Shown here one piece after another: positions 11,906 to 23,047 of a stretch of DNA of 64,000 nt. The notes beneath the pieces were generated by a model, which saw only the letters and a program-made list of their open reading frames with translations, ran no database searches and had not been told where the DNA came from. Numbering within the stretch: position 1 is the first letter of the stretch; each line of letters begins with the position of its first letter. The stretch comes from Candidatus Marinacidobacterales bacterium (GTDB taxonomy: Bacteria; Acidobacteriota; Vicinamibacteria; Marinacidobacterales; DATDRI01), in contig CBDCNP010000001.1 in the NCBI GenBank assembly GCA_965219415.1, positions 1-64,000 of the forward strand, given 5' to 3'. The position numbers were made by a program, and so were the translations under genes.

Positions 11906-12068
11906 GGTGCTTGCGCTGTTTGCTGTTGGTGATGTGTACGTATCCCTTTGCAAAAGAGGCGCTTAAGCTCCATTTAGCGCGCGGCGAAGGTCGTGAGCGC
12001 CATTTTGGCTGTAATTTAATGCGCCGTAAAGTCTTAGCGTCATCTCACCAACACTTAATGGCGGAAGC
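11906..12068 (-). mobile_element. 166-bp IS1-derived MITE; its last bases are displaced to 13331-13333 by IS3
   Basis: IRs GGTGCTTGCGC / GGTGCTTCCGC shared with IS1 copies; other copies at 20536, 38848, 40827 and 61023. Confidence 0.9.
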
Positions 12069-13326
12069 TGAAGTGACCCCGCTTTCGTGGACAGGTTAAG
12101 AGTTAGGGATCAAGCGTCGCGATAGTACCTCCTTTCGAATTGGATAGGCGAGCAATAGTCGATGGCGGAGTGTCGTCGTCGCGGGTTGTACCAGCCTTCG
12201 ATGAAATCGAAGGTCGCCATGCGCGCCTCAGCGTGGTAGCGAAACGACCGGCGCTCGATCAGCTCGCACTCGAGCGTCGCGAAGAAGCTCTCGCACATCG
12301 CATTGTCGTAACAGTCCCCGACCGAACCCATCGACGGTCGCACCCCGGCCTCCCGGCATCGCTGGCCGAACGCTAGTGACGTGTACTGCGTGCCCTGGTC
12401 CGAGTGATGGGTGACGTCGCCGGGCTTGCGTTGGAACAGCGCCATGTCGAGGGCGCTCAAGACGAGCGACGTCCGCAGGTGGGTAGCCATTGCCCATCCG
12501 ACGATGCGTCGGCTGAAGGCGTCCAGCACGACGGCGAGGAACAAGAAGCCCGACCACGTGGGCACGTAGGTGATATCGGCGACCCACAGGCGGTCGGGCC
12601 GGTCCACCTCGAAATTCCTGTCGACGAGATCGGGGGCGGGACGGGCGTCGTCACAGCGAATCGTAGTGTGCGCCCTCTTGCGCCGGTGAACACCTTGAAT
12701 GCCAGCCTCGCGCATTAGCCGCGCTACACGCTTGCGTGAGACGTGGAGCTCGTGTGTCTCTCGTAGCTCGTGGAGAATCCTCGGCGCGCCGTACGTGCTC
12801 CGCGACGCGGTGTGAATCGCCCGGATCTTCTCAAGCAACTCCGCATCCGACACCGCGCGGGCCGACGGGGCACGCTCAAGCCACGCATAGTAGCCGCTGG
12901 CGGAGACGTCCAGCAGTCGGCACATCGTGGCAACCGGTAGTGAATCCTGGTTCGCCCTCACGAATCGGAAGGCTTCGGTGGTACCGACTCGGTCTCCCGA
13001 GCGAACCAAGCCGCGGCTTTTGAGAGGATCTCCCGCTCCAACCGTAGTTGACGGTTCTCCCGTCGCAGGCGGCGGAGCTCCGCACGCTCCTCACTCGTCA
13101 GACCGTCCTGCCTGCGACCCTCGTCGAGATCCGCCTGGTTCACCCAGTTCCGGATCGTCTGGCCCGAGGGCTCAAACTCTCGCGCCAGCTCTTCGGAGCC
13201 GCGGCCAGCTCGCACCAGCTCTACCATTTGGCGCCGGAATTCGGCCGCGTATCTGTTTCCCTGCTTTGACATCGTGGACTCCTGTCTCCCAAAGGATTAG
13301 GTGTCCACGAAAGCGGGTCAAGTCCA
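12069..13326 (-). mobile_element. IS3-family insertion sequence, second near-identical 1258-bp copy
   Basis: Same sequence as 4604-5861; TSD AAGC at 12065-12068 and 13327-13330. Confidence 0.97.
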
Positions 13327-13333
13327 AAGCACC

Positions 13334-13521
13334 CATGATTTTGTAGTTTGTTCGCTCTCTCATCTCTGCCTTCAAGGCTCGTCGCGAGCTGGCTCTCAAG
13401 AATGTCGCTCTTCGGCAGCAGCTCGCCGTCCTCCGCCGTCGGGTGAAACGCGTCGTGTCCAAAAATACAACCGAACCCTCCAAGACTCTATCCACCAAGG
13501 GCCGAGTTTGGGCACAGGACG
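13334..13521. mobile_element. D-transposase 5' stub plus B-A hybrid mini-element (13451-13521)
   Basis: Stub homologous to 480-600; end motifs read directly. Confidence 0.75.
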
Positions 13522-13570
13522 CGGTGCGCCGTCTCATCCACACCACCGTGGCCGGTCCGGTGCGGTCACT

Positions 13571-13939
13571 CTAGAATGTGATCGCACCTACCCTCAGCAG
13601 ATTAGTTAGGTAGGCGATCCCGTTCGACTTGCGTCTTTTGAAGTAAAAGACCGTTCCTTGCTCATGCCCACTGACGTGATAGCACTCCCACCGCTCTCGT
13701 CCCATCTTATTGAGCCGCTCGTCCACGCCACCGAGATCAGCTTCTGTCACCTCGAGTGACGTGTATTCGATCGCCCAGAGGTCCTCGAGTTCTTCTGCTG
13801 ACAGTTCGCGCACTTCCTCTGCCCTCGTCCGCGCGTCGTCAAATACCTCCTGAGCATCTTCTTGCAACTCAGCCAACGGGTTCTGCCGACATCCAACAGA
13901 AAGCGCCGCCATTGACACGACAATCAATATAGTTCGCAT
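13571..13939 (-). CDS. Small lipoprotein with a DUF4177-like C-terminal domain
   Basis: Lipobox LSVGC; WAIEY...LNKMGRERWECY...FYFKR. Confidence 0.65.
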   Translation of the reverse strand: MRTILIVVSMAALSVGCRQNPLAELQEDAQEVFDDARTRAEEVRELSAEELEDLWAIEYTSLEVTEADLGGVDERLNKMGRERWECYHVSGHEQGTVFYFKRRKSNGIAYLTNLLRVGAITF

Positions 13940-14414
13940 GATCTCATCCTCTGTAGCTAGTGACAGCGAGACACCCGGCATGTGGCCGATGAGCAACATC
14001 CCCCGACGCACCGGCACCCCTGCCCGAATGAGGTCGCCTCCCGTCGTCGCCCACCTGGGTCTCGTCGCAGGTTCACTGACTCCGCCCACGCTACCGCCAC
14101 GCATGGTACCCTGTGCCTTCTATTTATTCATCCGCGCGCCCCGAACCTGATCGGTCTCCGATCTGCCGGGACTATGCCTGCATGATTTCGTCGTTTGTTT
14201 GCGCTCGGCCCTGGGCACGGCCGCAAACACAGACTCTTAAGTTGCTGATTTATGGTGTCCCTCCTATAAATTCCGTCCGGTGCAGAAATCCCGGCCTTTC
14301 AGGGTGATGCCCGATAGCGTTGGTGGCATGCACACGATCCTGCTTCACGGCGTCGTTTCGGCGAGCCAGTTGCGTCTGTCCGCGCCCGCCTCTCTCGTCG
14401 GCGCAAACGCTCCC

Positions 14415-15473
14415 CGTCCTGTGCCAAAACTCGGCCCTTTTGAAATAGGCCATAAATCAGCAGCTTAGTGTCTGTGTTTGCGACTGGGCTAAGGCCGTAG
14501 GCTTTACAATCGTCTGGACCGAGGGTGTTATCTTCAGCTTCCATGATGACCTACCACGTGCAATTCCTACTGCTCGTTGTGGCTGGCTGGGTCAACCGCC
14601 AGCAGCAGGATGTGATCGACTACCTGCAAGAGGAGAACCGTGTGCTCCGAGCCGGGCTTCGGGGCAAGCGTCTCAGGCTCTCGGACGACGACCGGCGCAG
14701 GCTCGCCGTCAAGGCCCAGGCTTTGGGCCGCGAGGCGCTGGCCCAGATTGCGTCGGTTGCCACACCCGCTACGCTTCTGCGCTGGTACCGCTACCTCATC
14801 GCAGCTAAGTACGATGGCAGCAAGAAGCGGAGCCCAGGCCGACCTCCGACGGCGAAGGATATCCGTGAGCTCATTGTACGCGTGGCGCAGGAGAACCCGA
14901 CGTGGGGATATACGCGCCTGCGGGGTGCACTCAAGAACCTCGGACATGAACTCGGACGCAACACCATCAAGAGGCTCCTCGCCGAGCACGGTATCGCGCC
15001 GGCTCCGGAGTGGGGCAAGAGCATGTCGTGGAGCACTTTCCTCAAGGCTCATTGGGGCGCTATCGCTGCGACAGACCTGTTCACCGTCGAGGTGGTGAAC
15101 CCGTTCGGGCTCGTCCGCTACCATGTCCTGTTTGTCATCGATATCGCCACTCGCTGCGTGTGCATCGGTGGGATGACCTCGGACCCAAACGGGGAGTGGA
15201 TGAAGCAGGCGGCAAGAAACCTCACGGACATGTGGGATGGTTTCCTCCTTGGCAAGCGGTACCTCATCCACGACCGGGACCCGCTATTCACCGAGGCGGT
15301 ACGTGGGCTCTTGAGAGATTCAGGTGTGAAGCCCCTCCGCCTTCCAGCGAACAGTCCGAATCTGAACGCATACGCGGAAAGATTCGTTCTCTCCATACGT
15401 CGAGAGTGTCTCGACCGCTTCGTACCTCTCAGTGAGCGACACCTGCGCACAGCGGTAACCGAATACGTAGTGC
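14415..15473 (+). mobile_element. A-family IS: left end plus rve/DDE transposase (14543-15473), 3'-truncated by a D end at 15474
   Basis: [44 protein letters not shown] motifs. Confidence 0.9.
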
Positions 15474-15644
15474 TGTGCCTTCTATTTATTCATCCGCGTG
15501 ATGGAGATCACGGATATACTCAGCCAGAACGTGCCCCTGGAGGACGTGCAGTATCTGGCCGGACACTCCAACCCCTCGGGCCACACAGTTCTATGACCTG
15601 CGTAGACAGCACGTCACTCGCAACATCGTGGAGCGTGTCTCGAT

Positions 15645-16202
15645 ATGAAAGAAGGACCAAGGAAGAGAGACATCCTTTCGAGGCCTGCTAGCAAGAAAGC
15701 CGCTGCACGGCCTCGTTCGGCTCCCCGCAATGAACCCAAGCCGGTGCCGGTTCCTCTGCCCGAAAGTGTCCGCCACCAGCGGGCGGGTGAAACGACGGAA
15801 CGTTCCGCGCATCTCGAAAAACTCAAACAACTCTTCGAGGCGGCTCCGATCAGCCGCTACCTGGGCATGACACTCAGCTATTGCGAGAACGGCTTGGCGC
15901 GCGTGCGTTTGCCGTTTCGGGCCGAGTTCGAAGAAAGGCATGGCGTCATCCACGGGGGTCTCATCGCTCTGCTGGCGGACACGGCGGGTAACTTCGCGGT
16001 GGGTTCGGTCTCGCCGGGCTCCACGGTCAAGACGGTGGAGTTCAAGATGAGCTTGCTGGCGGGAGTCCAGGGAGACCTGCTCGCCATCGGAGAGGTCGTC
16101 CGCAAGGGACGCTCGCTCGCCACCTGCCGGCTCGAGGTCGTTGGGGGCAACGACCATGTGGTGGCCATCGGGCTGGCCACTTATGCCCTCCAGGCTGTTT
16201 AG
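15645..16202 (+). CDS. PaaI-family thioesterase (hotdog fold)
   Basis: [16 protein letters not shown] and TVEFKMSLL motifs. Confidence 0.9.
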   Translation: MKEGPRKRDILSRPASKKAAARPRSAPRNEPKPVPVPLPESVRHQRAGETTERSAHLEKLKQLFEAAPISRYLGMTLSYCENGLARVRLPFRAEFEERHGVIHGGLIALLADTAGNFAVGSVSPGSTVKTVEFKMSLLAGVQGDLLAIGEVVRKGRSLATCRLEVVGGNDHVVAIGLATYALQAV

Positions 16203-16267
16203 CCATCTGCACCTGCTTGTTGCAGTCCAGGCGAGTCTTGAGTTCGTTTGTGTTTTTGGACACGACG

Positions 16268-16702
16268 CCTTATAGGCTCCGGGAGTCTCGTCGAGAACCC
16301 TCACGTCCTTGCGGCACTCGACCCCGGCTGTCGCCGCGGCGTGATCGTCTAGAGTGAAGCGCTTCTTGGCTTCGTTGCGGGACATGACGCGCCCGGCACC
16401 GTGACTGCACGACTCGAAGCTCTCACGGTTTCCTTTCCCCCGGACGATATAGGAGCGCGCCCCCATGCTTCCTGGAATGATACCCAGGTCGCCCCGTCCA
16501 GCCCGCACCGCACCCTTCCGCGTGACAAAAACCTCCGACCCGTAATGGTGCTCCTTCGCGACGTAGTTGTGGTGGCAATTGACGACTTCTTTCTTGAGCC
16601 GAAACGCGGGCACGAGGCCGGTATCGTGAACCGCCTCGACGATCGCCTCCTTCATCAGTCGACGATTCGTCGCCGCGTAGCGCTGGGCCCAATCGATGGC
16701 GA
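16268..16702 (-). pseudogene. rtcB: RtcB RNA ligase internal fragment between a B end and an IS1 end
   Basis: CHHNYV, VTRKGA, IIPGSMG, SCSHGAGR, DETPGAYK. Confidence 0.92.
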
Positions 16703-17016
16703 GGTGCTTCCGCCATCAAGTGTTGCTACGCCGTGTTTGAATGCTAATGTCAGCTGGCCTGCCTGTGTCGGCGAACGCCATCAATAAGGATGTCGGCGTG
16801 CACACGAAGGTGTCCCTGAACGTCAGGCACCGTGTGGTCAGCCCAGCCCGCATCGCCGAAAGAACTGCGTGTGCCTTCTATTTATTCATCCGCCAGCCCA
16901 TGGGTCGGAAGTCAGCCCTGCGGCGCGAAATACCCTGGATTCTGCGCGGATTCCAAGGACGTCTAAGCTGCTGATTTGTGGTCTATTTCAAAAGGGCCGA
17001 GTTTTGGCACAGGACG
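16703..17016. mobile_element. IS1 right-end fragment (16703-16869) followed by the 147-bp D-A hybrid MITE (16870-17016)
   Basis: D-A unit recurs at 21770-21916 and 36338-36485, partly at 31575-31704. Confidence 0.85.
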
Positions 17017-17204
17017 GGGTCTATAAGCAAAATGTGGGAAGCGGAGCGACTGGCTTTCGAAGCGCTGCTTGACGACCCGGACTGGCGCATTGGACGTGTC
17101 GCTAAGAGCGGGGTTGAGTACGCGGCCGAACGTGAGCGGCAGGCTGCGAGAATCGAGCGCAGAGGTGCACGGCTTGGGATGAAGAGCTGGCTTTAATGAA
17201 AACA

Positions 17205-18589
17205 GGGTCTACGCGGATTCGTGTGGGTTGAAAACTGCATTTCTGGGTAATGGCGGAAGGAAAGCCGCCACGATCTTCAGCTTGAGATATTCCTCGTCGC
17301 GATAGCCGTAGGCGCGTCGTTGCAGAACACGGATTTTGTTGTTGACCCCTTCAACTAGGCCGAGACTGACTTTGTTCTCCGGATGACAGTAGGAGGCGAT
17401 ACCATCCCAATGGGACTCAATCATACCGGCGAACTTCTGGTACGGATGCAGGCGTTGCCATTTGAGGCTGTCTTTCCAACGGGTGAAAAAGGCGCGAGCG
17501 CCGCGTTCGGTGCGGTAATCCCAGAGTTGCCCGAAGGCCTCCTTCAAAATATAGGCGGTGTTCAGGCGCCGGTTGGCCTGGAGCAACTTTTTGAGTGCGC
17601 GGCGACCGTCTAGGCTCAGGTTCTCCCGCCGGGAAAGCAAAGTGTAACGCTGCCCCTTGATGTACGACCGGTCCTTGCCGCTGAGGCGTTTGTACTCACC
17701 GCGCCGGACCTCATCGAGGGCCTTTGACAGATGACGCATGATATGAAACTTGTCGAAGATGATCCGCGCATTAGGCGCGTTGTGAATCACCGAGTTCCGG
17801 AAGGGCTTCCACATATCCATGGCGGCCAGCTTGATACGGGCGCTTTTCTTTCCGCCCAGCGCCTTGAAGAACAAATCGATGTCGGTTTCTTTACGACCCT
17901 CACCGCCCACCCAGATGGGACGCGCCCGCTCCAGGTCGCTGACAATGACGCGATAGTTATGTCCCTTGCGGATGGAGATCTCATCGACACCGATGGCCCG
18001 AGGCGCCGGTAGCCCCGCCCGGTCGACCTGCTCTTGCATGTAGAGCGTATCCAGAGCCTTCACCGTACCGTGGTGCAGACGTTCCATCTCGGCCACCGCC
18101 TTGTTCGGCATATCCCGGCACAGCTTGCCCACATGCGTCGCAAAACGCTGGGTGTAGCGCGAGTTGTTCGCCAGCCAGTCTAGGTTGTTCTACATGCACA
18201 CCGCCGCACCCAGAACAGTTGACGCGCCGACGCTCGTATTCCAGATAGATCCGCCAGCCTGCCAACGACAGGTCGCGGACCCGGCACACTTGCTTGTCAT
18301 AGCGCCCCCGGCACCGTTGCCCACAGTAAGAGCACACAGCTGTTTTTTTCGCCTCTTGAGCTGGATGACGCGGGCGTATCGGTCACCGAATAGACCCTTC
18401 AATCCGGCACCAACCACGAAACCTGGCAGCGCAAACAGCGAGCGGATCGACTGGGAATTTTTCACTCGGTTAGCCTATCCTAAAAATGGACCACTTTTCA
18501 GCACCTGATGAAGTACTCGATACCTTTTCCACACAATGAGTTACACTGTTTTTCCGTCAGAACTTACCCACACGAATCCGCGTAAACCC
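17205..18589 (-). mobile_element. ISL3-family insertion sequence; transposase split over three frames
   Basis: 23-bp IRs GGGT(C/T)TACGCGGATTCGTGTGGG; 8-bp TSD TGAAAACA; IGVDE, AMDMW, DKFH, EGVNNKI motifs; zinc-finger N-terminus. Confidence 0.95.
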
Positions 18590-19089
18590 TGAAAACACAT
18601 GGGTCGATTTGGAGGTTTTGGGCATGGTTCGGATGGTAGCTTCTGGTCTGGAAATTGCGGGACAGTGGCCGGCTGGCGCGGTCTTCAAACCACTGTCCAG
18701 GAAATCGGGACCGGTACAAATGAAGGCTCGGTGAAAACGAAACTGGACGCATGGAACGTGTTTGGAGCGGTGATCCCCGAAGCAGCCTGTCCCCAAGCGA
18801 GGGCTTCATCTTCCCTTTGGTCCTTGGATGCGAATGAAGTGACGGACGAAGGAGGCGAGGACGCTATGATCAGCAAAACGGAAGCGAAGGAACTGAACAA
18901 CGGACCTCTTCGAGAGGGAGGCTTTCGTCATTGGTGGCCTGATCGCAGTCCACGAGATGGAGGACGACCTCGGCTGGCGGCGGTTTATTGCGGCCAAATC
19001 CTCACCCGCTGGCAAGCCTATGCGAAAGATGACGCCGAGCGGCTGGTGGATGGTCGGCCGGTGGACGCCCGGTGTCCAGACGCGGCGGA

Positions 19090-19965
19090 ATGAGTAGCGA
19101 CCGCAACACTCGTCTGCCCGGTCGCCCCCACGACCACAAAGTCAGCTACGGCACGCCGCCAACGGAGCACCGCTTCAAGAAAGGCCAGTCCGGGAATCCG
19201 GGCGGCCGGCCGAAGGGTGCGAAGTCCAGCGAACCTGCGCTACCTGGAGAGCGGCTGAAGGCCATGGTGTTCGAAGAAGCGTATCGCTCCGTCACCGTCA
19301 GCGAGGGAGACCGCAAGGTCACGCTGCCGATAGCGCAGGCTGTCATCCGCAGATTGACCCTCCAGGCCGCCAAGGGCGAGCCCCGTGCCCAACGGCTCTT
19401 TACCGAGATGCTGACCGTGACCGAGCGAGAGAGCCAAGCGGAGTACGAGACGTTCGTCAAAATGGCCATAGACTACAAGAGCGCTTGGGAAGACGAACTC
19501 GAGCGCCGCAAAAGGCACGGCATGACCGATGCCCCGGCGCCCTTGCCGCATCCCGATCATATCGAGATTAACCTGCAGGCCGGCACCGCACGGATCGTCG
19601 GTCCTTCGACGAAGGAGGAGAAGGTCGTCTACGATCTTTGGGTTGCGCAAAAGCAAGAATTGGTAGCGAAACTTGAGAAACTGCAGAAAAGATTGAAAGC
19701 CGCCCAAAAATATGCAGTGAAGAAAAAGCTGAGGAACGAGATTGATCTGACTATGGCGAGGCTGCGGGAGAACATCGAGAATCCACCCAAGCAGATCGGC
19801 ATAGGTGGAACTGTTGTTGCTGTTCCTGCGGCCACGCCGAATACAGAGATTCGTCCACCCACGACAAAGGCTGTGATGTGGCTCTTAGCGCGACGGTTCC
19901 CGAAGGAGTGGGAACAACAGGAGCAAGGAGAAGCTCACGATGGAGGACCCCGGGTCGTATACTAA
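19090..19965 (+). CDS. DUF5681 domain protein (mobile element/prophage-associated)
   Basis: YGTPPTEHRFKKGQSGNPGGRPKG. Confidence 0.8.
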   Translation: MSSDRNTRLPGRPHDHKVSYGTPPTEHRFKKGQSGNPGGRPKGAKSSEPALPGERLKAMVFEEAYRSVTVSEGDRKVTLPIAQAVIRRLTLQAAKGEPRAQRLFTEMLTVTERESQAEYETFVKMAIDYKSAWEDELERRKRHGMTDAPAPLPHPDHIEINLQAGTARIVGPSTKEEKVVYDLWVAQKQELVAKLEKLQKRLKAAQKYAVKKKLRNEIDLTMARLRENIENPPKQIGIGGTVVAVPAATPNTEIRPPTTKAVMWLLARRFPKEWEQQEQGEAHDGGPRVVY

Positions 19966-20287
19966 CATACTGGATAATGGGCGTATGCGGAAAATGCCGG
20001 GGGTCGAGATCGTGCAATTGCCAGAAGAAAAGCGAAATGGCTCAACGCGGTTCGAAGGAGATGAATGACGAATGAGCCAACCGGCAAAATCCCGCTTTGG
20101 TGGCCAGAATCCCCGCCAATCCTCACTATTGTCCAAAAAGTAGCAAAATGCTGAAGGCACCCGATATGCCCGCGGAGTATTCAGAAGGCGCCATTCGCGG
20201 CGAGTCATCCAATAGACGAGTTCGGGCATCCGCGTCCGACTGCATAGAGTCCGTGTCCACCCCGCCTATCGCGGAGCGGCCGTGGCC

Positions 20288-20534
20288 GAATCACGGCGGA
20301 GGACAACGATGGAGCCTGACCAGAAGCCCGCTGCGCCAGACGGTTCCCCCACTGATGCTCAGGGTGCCGACTATAGTAATGATGAAGGACACGCAACCGA
20401 TCCACCGATGGGTGCTTCCGCAGTCAAGTGTTGGCGGCCGCTGCGTAACCTGTTCGCGTGCTAGAGTTTTGCCTGATTTCGATAGACACAGTTCTTTCGT
20501 CGATGCCGGCTGGGCCGAGTTTTGGCACAGGACG
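20288..20534. repeat. ~250-bp composite (foreign DNA + IS1 left end + A end); diverged inverted copy at 40511-40758
   Basis: Direct comparison of the two segments. Confidence 0.8.
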
Positions 20535-20535
20535 G

Positions 20536-20701
20536 GGTGCTTACGCTGTTTCCTGTTGGTGATGTGTACGCATCCCTTTGCAAAAAAGGCGCTTACGCTC
20601 CATTTAGCGGGCAGCGAAGGTCACGAGCGGTATTTTGGCTGTAACTTAATGCACCGTAAAGTCTTAGCGTCATCTCACCAACACTTAATGGCGGAAGCAC
20701 C
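20536..20701 (-). mobile_element. 166-bp IS1-derived MITE
   Basis: Full-length copy with both IRs. Confidence 0.9.
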
Positions 20702-20736
20702 AACCCTTCATATCATATGCTGCTAGGATGAGCTGT

Positions 20737-20763
20737 TATCTGTCTATCGCTGTTTGACAGATA
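20737..20763 (+). promoter_or_regulatory. Palindromic operator overlapping TTGACA upstream of hicAB
   Basis: TATCTGTC-N11-GACAGATA; typical TA autoregulation layout. Confidence 0.5.
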
Positions 20764-20781
20764 GGAGCCATTCGCGACACC

Positions 20782-20997
20782 ATGCAGATTACTGGCAAGC
20801 AGCTTGTTCGACTCCTGACGCGGGACTTCGGCTGCGCAGTGCTGCGCCAGAAGGGGTCTCACGTGACGGTCGAGTGCGGCGCGTGCCGAGCGACGGTGGC
20901 GCTACACGCAAGGGAAACGATCCCGGCCGGGACGCTGCGGAAAATCGAGCGAGACCTTGCGCCATGCCTTGGGGCAGGGTGGCTGTGTCGGCGATAG
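20782..20997 (+). CDS. hicA: HicA family toxin
   Basis: RQKGSH...VALH..ETIPAGTLRKI. Confidence 0.9.
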   Translation: MQITGKQLVRLLTRDFGCAVLRQKGSHVTVECGACRATVALHARETIPAGTLRKIERDLAPCLGAGWLCRR

Positions 20998-21014
20998 ATA
21001 CGGGGAGGGTTCTG

Positions 21015-21401
21015 ATGGCACGGAAGCAGTATCGGGCGGTGTATGACCGCGACGCGGACGGGCGGTGGAACGTCGAGATCCAGGACGTGGCAGGCTGCTA
21101 CACCTACGGGCGGACCATCGCTCAGGCGCGCGAGCGGATCCGGGAAGCCCTGGGGTTGTACGTGCAGAACGCGGAGCACGCTACGATCGTGGACGACATC
21201 AAACTGCCAGCGCGGGCGCGGAAGCGGCTCGAGCGCTTGGCGCGGGCGCGGGCCGACGCTGAGCGGATGCAGCAAAACCTCAACGAGGAACAGCGCGCCG
21301 CGGCGCGGCAGCTACGAGAGGCGGGGTTCAGCTTCCGGGATAGCGGCGATCTCCTGGGCTGCACACGGCAACGGGTGGAGCAGCTGACCCGTAAGGCGTA
21401 G
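21015..21401 (+). CDS. hicB: HicB family antitoxin with C-terminal HTH
   Basis: GCYTYGRTIAQARERIREAL; SFRDSGDLLGCTRQRVEQL; directly after hicA. Confidence 0.88.
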   Translation: MARKQYRAVYDRDADGRWNVEIQDVAGCYTYGRTIAQARERIREALGLYVQNAEHATIVDDIKLPARARKRLERLARARADAERMQQNLNEEQRAAARQLREAGFSFRDSGDLLGCTRQRVEQLTRKA

Positions 21402-21595
21402 ATTCCTCGGAGTAGATCACTCAGGACGGTACTGTCAAGTTTTCCACGGCCTGACGGCCACCCCGAATGAATGAAACGCGGTAGTCTCTGGAGGTGGCAC
21501 CGGCTCAGAGGTCGGCTCAACGTTGGTGCGACTGAGCCCGTTGTCAAGTTTGGCTGGGAGTCCTGCGCGTACCCCAAATTGCGTTTTCTATCCCG

Positions 21596-21654
21596 GTAGG
21601 GTCGAGGGCTGGCGCGGTGCTCCGTAGGCGCGGCCTATCTGTTTCTCCCCGTTT
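21596..21654 (-). ncRNA. Group II intron domain VI / 3' end remnant
   Basis: Matches the longer DV-DVI remnant at 40374; ends ...ACCCTAC. Confidence 0.65.
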
Positions 21655-21916
21655 GGTGCTTCCGCCATCAAGTGTTGGTGAGATTACGCTAAGACTTTAC
21701 GGTGCATTAAAGTTACAGCCTAAATAGCGCTCGTGACCTTCGCTGCGCGCTAAGTGGAGCGTAAACGCCTGTGCCTTCTATTTATTCATCCGCCAGCCCA
21801 TGGGTCGGAAGTCAGCCCTGCGGCGCGAAATAGCCTGGATTCTGCGCGGATTCCAAGGGCGTCTAAGCTGCTGATTTGTGGTCTATTTCAAAAGGGCCGA
21901 GTTTTGGCACAGGACG
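21655..21916. mobile_element. Partial 166-bp MITE cut by the D-A hybrid MITE (21770-21916)
   Basis: End motifs read directly. Confidence 0.85.
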
Positions 21917-21924
21917 GGGTTAAA

Positions 21925-22971
21925 CTAACGCGGACCTATCTCGACGTTTCGGTAGACCGCACCCACGATCGATTCCCGTCGCTCCTGGATGCCGAGTTCC
22001 ACGTAAAGCACTGCCGTTTTGTAGGCGCGTCTGTAATTGATGCGGATCACGCTCTGCCCTTGCAAAAAAACGCGGACCACATGACCATCGCCTTCTTTCC
22101 CCCATTCGAGCCGCCAGCGGTACACTGTGTTGGCGTTCCACTCAATGAAATTGAATCCTCGATCAGATTCTTCGCCGTTGGAGATCCAGCGGAGGCGAAC
22201 GAACGGGGGACTATGCCGCCGGTCCAGCTTCTGTAGGTGCACCCGAAACGGGTTAGTGCGATACCGTCCCTCGGTCGGATCCCACATTCCTAACAGCATG
22301 AACTGATCCGGAGACGCGTTGAGTGGTTTGAGCCCCAAATTCTCCCACTCCACGAAGCCTTTCACCAAACTCGAGAGTTCGTAGCGGATGAAATCCTCGC
22401 TCCCGGTCACTTCCCACCCTCGAGGGGTGAACTTGCCACCACTCACCTGACCCAACGAGGTGCCGTTGGTGAGGGGGTCCACGATCTCCCCCGTCACCTC
22501 TGGCTCGGTTGGTGGCGGGGGCGGCGTGGCGTTCGGGTTTACGGTGAACCAAGAATTGCTGAACGGTCCCTCTCGATTCTCGAGATGTGCCTGAACCCTC
22601 CAATGATAGTCGCCTTCTGGAAGCGCCGACGGCACACGCCACTGGGCACGCCCATTTCCGCGCGGCTCGACCCTGCCCGAAGCTGCGATCAAACCGTCGA
22701 ATCGGGAGTTTCGGGACACCTGAAACGTGTAGACCGCTCCCGGGGCATTGGTCGCGTCGCCAGCGATCAGGGTTGGGCGGATACCCACTTCCTCGCCGGC
22801 ATCCGGCTTGTAAAGGGTTGGTGCGCCGAGGACGGGGCCCGGTTGATCGTCACCCGGAGGGGGATCACTGCCAATCGGGGTTTCGCCGCCCAAGCAGGAC
22901 AACTGAAAGAGCAAAAGAACGAAAGGCGGGAAAACGTATTTCGGTTGCTGAAGTAAGAAACCTCGTTTCAT
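21925..22971 (-). CDS. Secreted/lipoprotein with an Ig-like domain, Pro linker and lectin-like C-terminal domain
   Basis: Hydrophobic leader with Cys; YTFQVS..YHWRVQA; PPPPP linker. Confidence 0.6.
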   Translation of the reverse strand: MKRGFLLQQPKYVFPPFVLLLFQLSCLGGETPIGSDPPPGDDQPGPVLGAPTLYKPDAGEEVGIRPTLIAGDATNAPGAVYTFQVSRNSRFDGLIAASGRVEPRGNGRAQWRVPSALPEGDYHWRVQAHLENREGPFSNSWFTVNPNATPPPPPTEPEVTGEIVDPLTNGTSLGQVSGGKFTPRGWEVTGSEDFIRYELSSLVKGFVEWENLGLKPLNASPDQFMLLGMWDPTEGRYRTNPFRVHLQKLDRRHSPPFVRLRWISNGEESDRGFNFIEWNANTVYRWRLEWGKEGDGHVVRVFLQGQSVIRINYRRAYKTAVLYVELGIQERRESIVGAVYRNVEIGPR

Positions 22972-23047
22972 GATCGACATCATCCGGCAAACGATGCGCG
23001 GCACGCGTGTATCTAGCGCCGACACCCCTGCACTCGTTTGTCAGGGG

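Noticed and set aside
21410-21590. Non-coding stretch with two TGTCAAGTTT motifs and a hairpin
   Set aside because: Could be a promoter or IS remnant, but there is no second copy or assignable structure.
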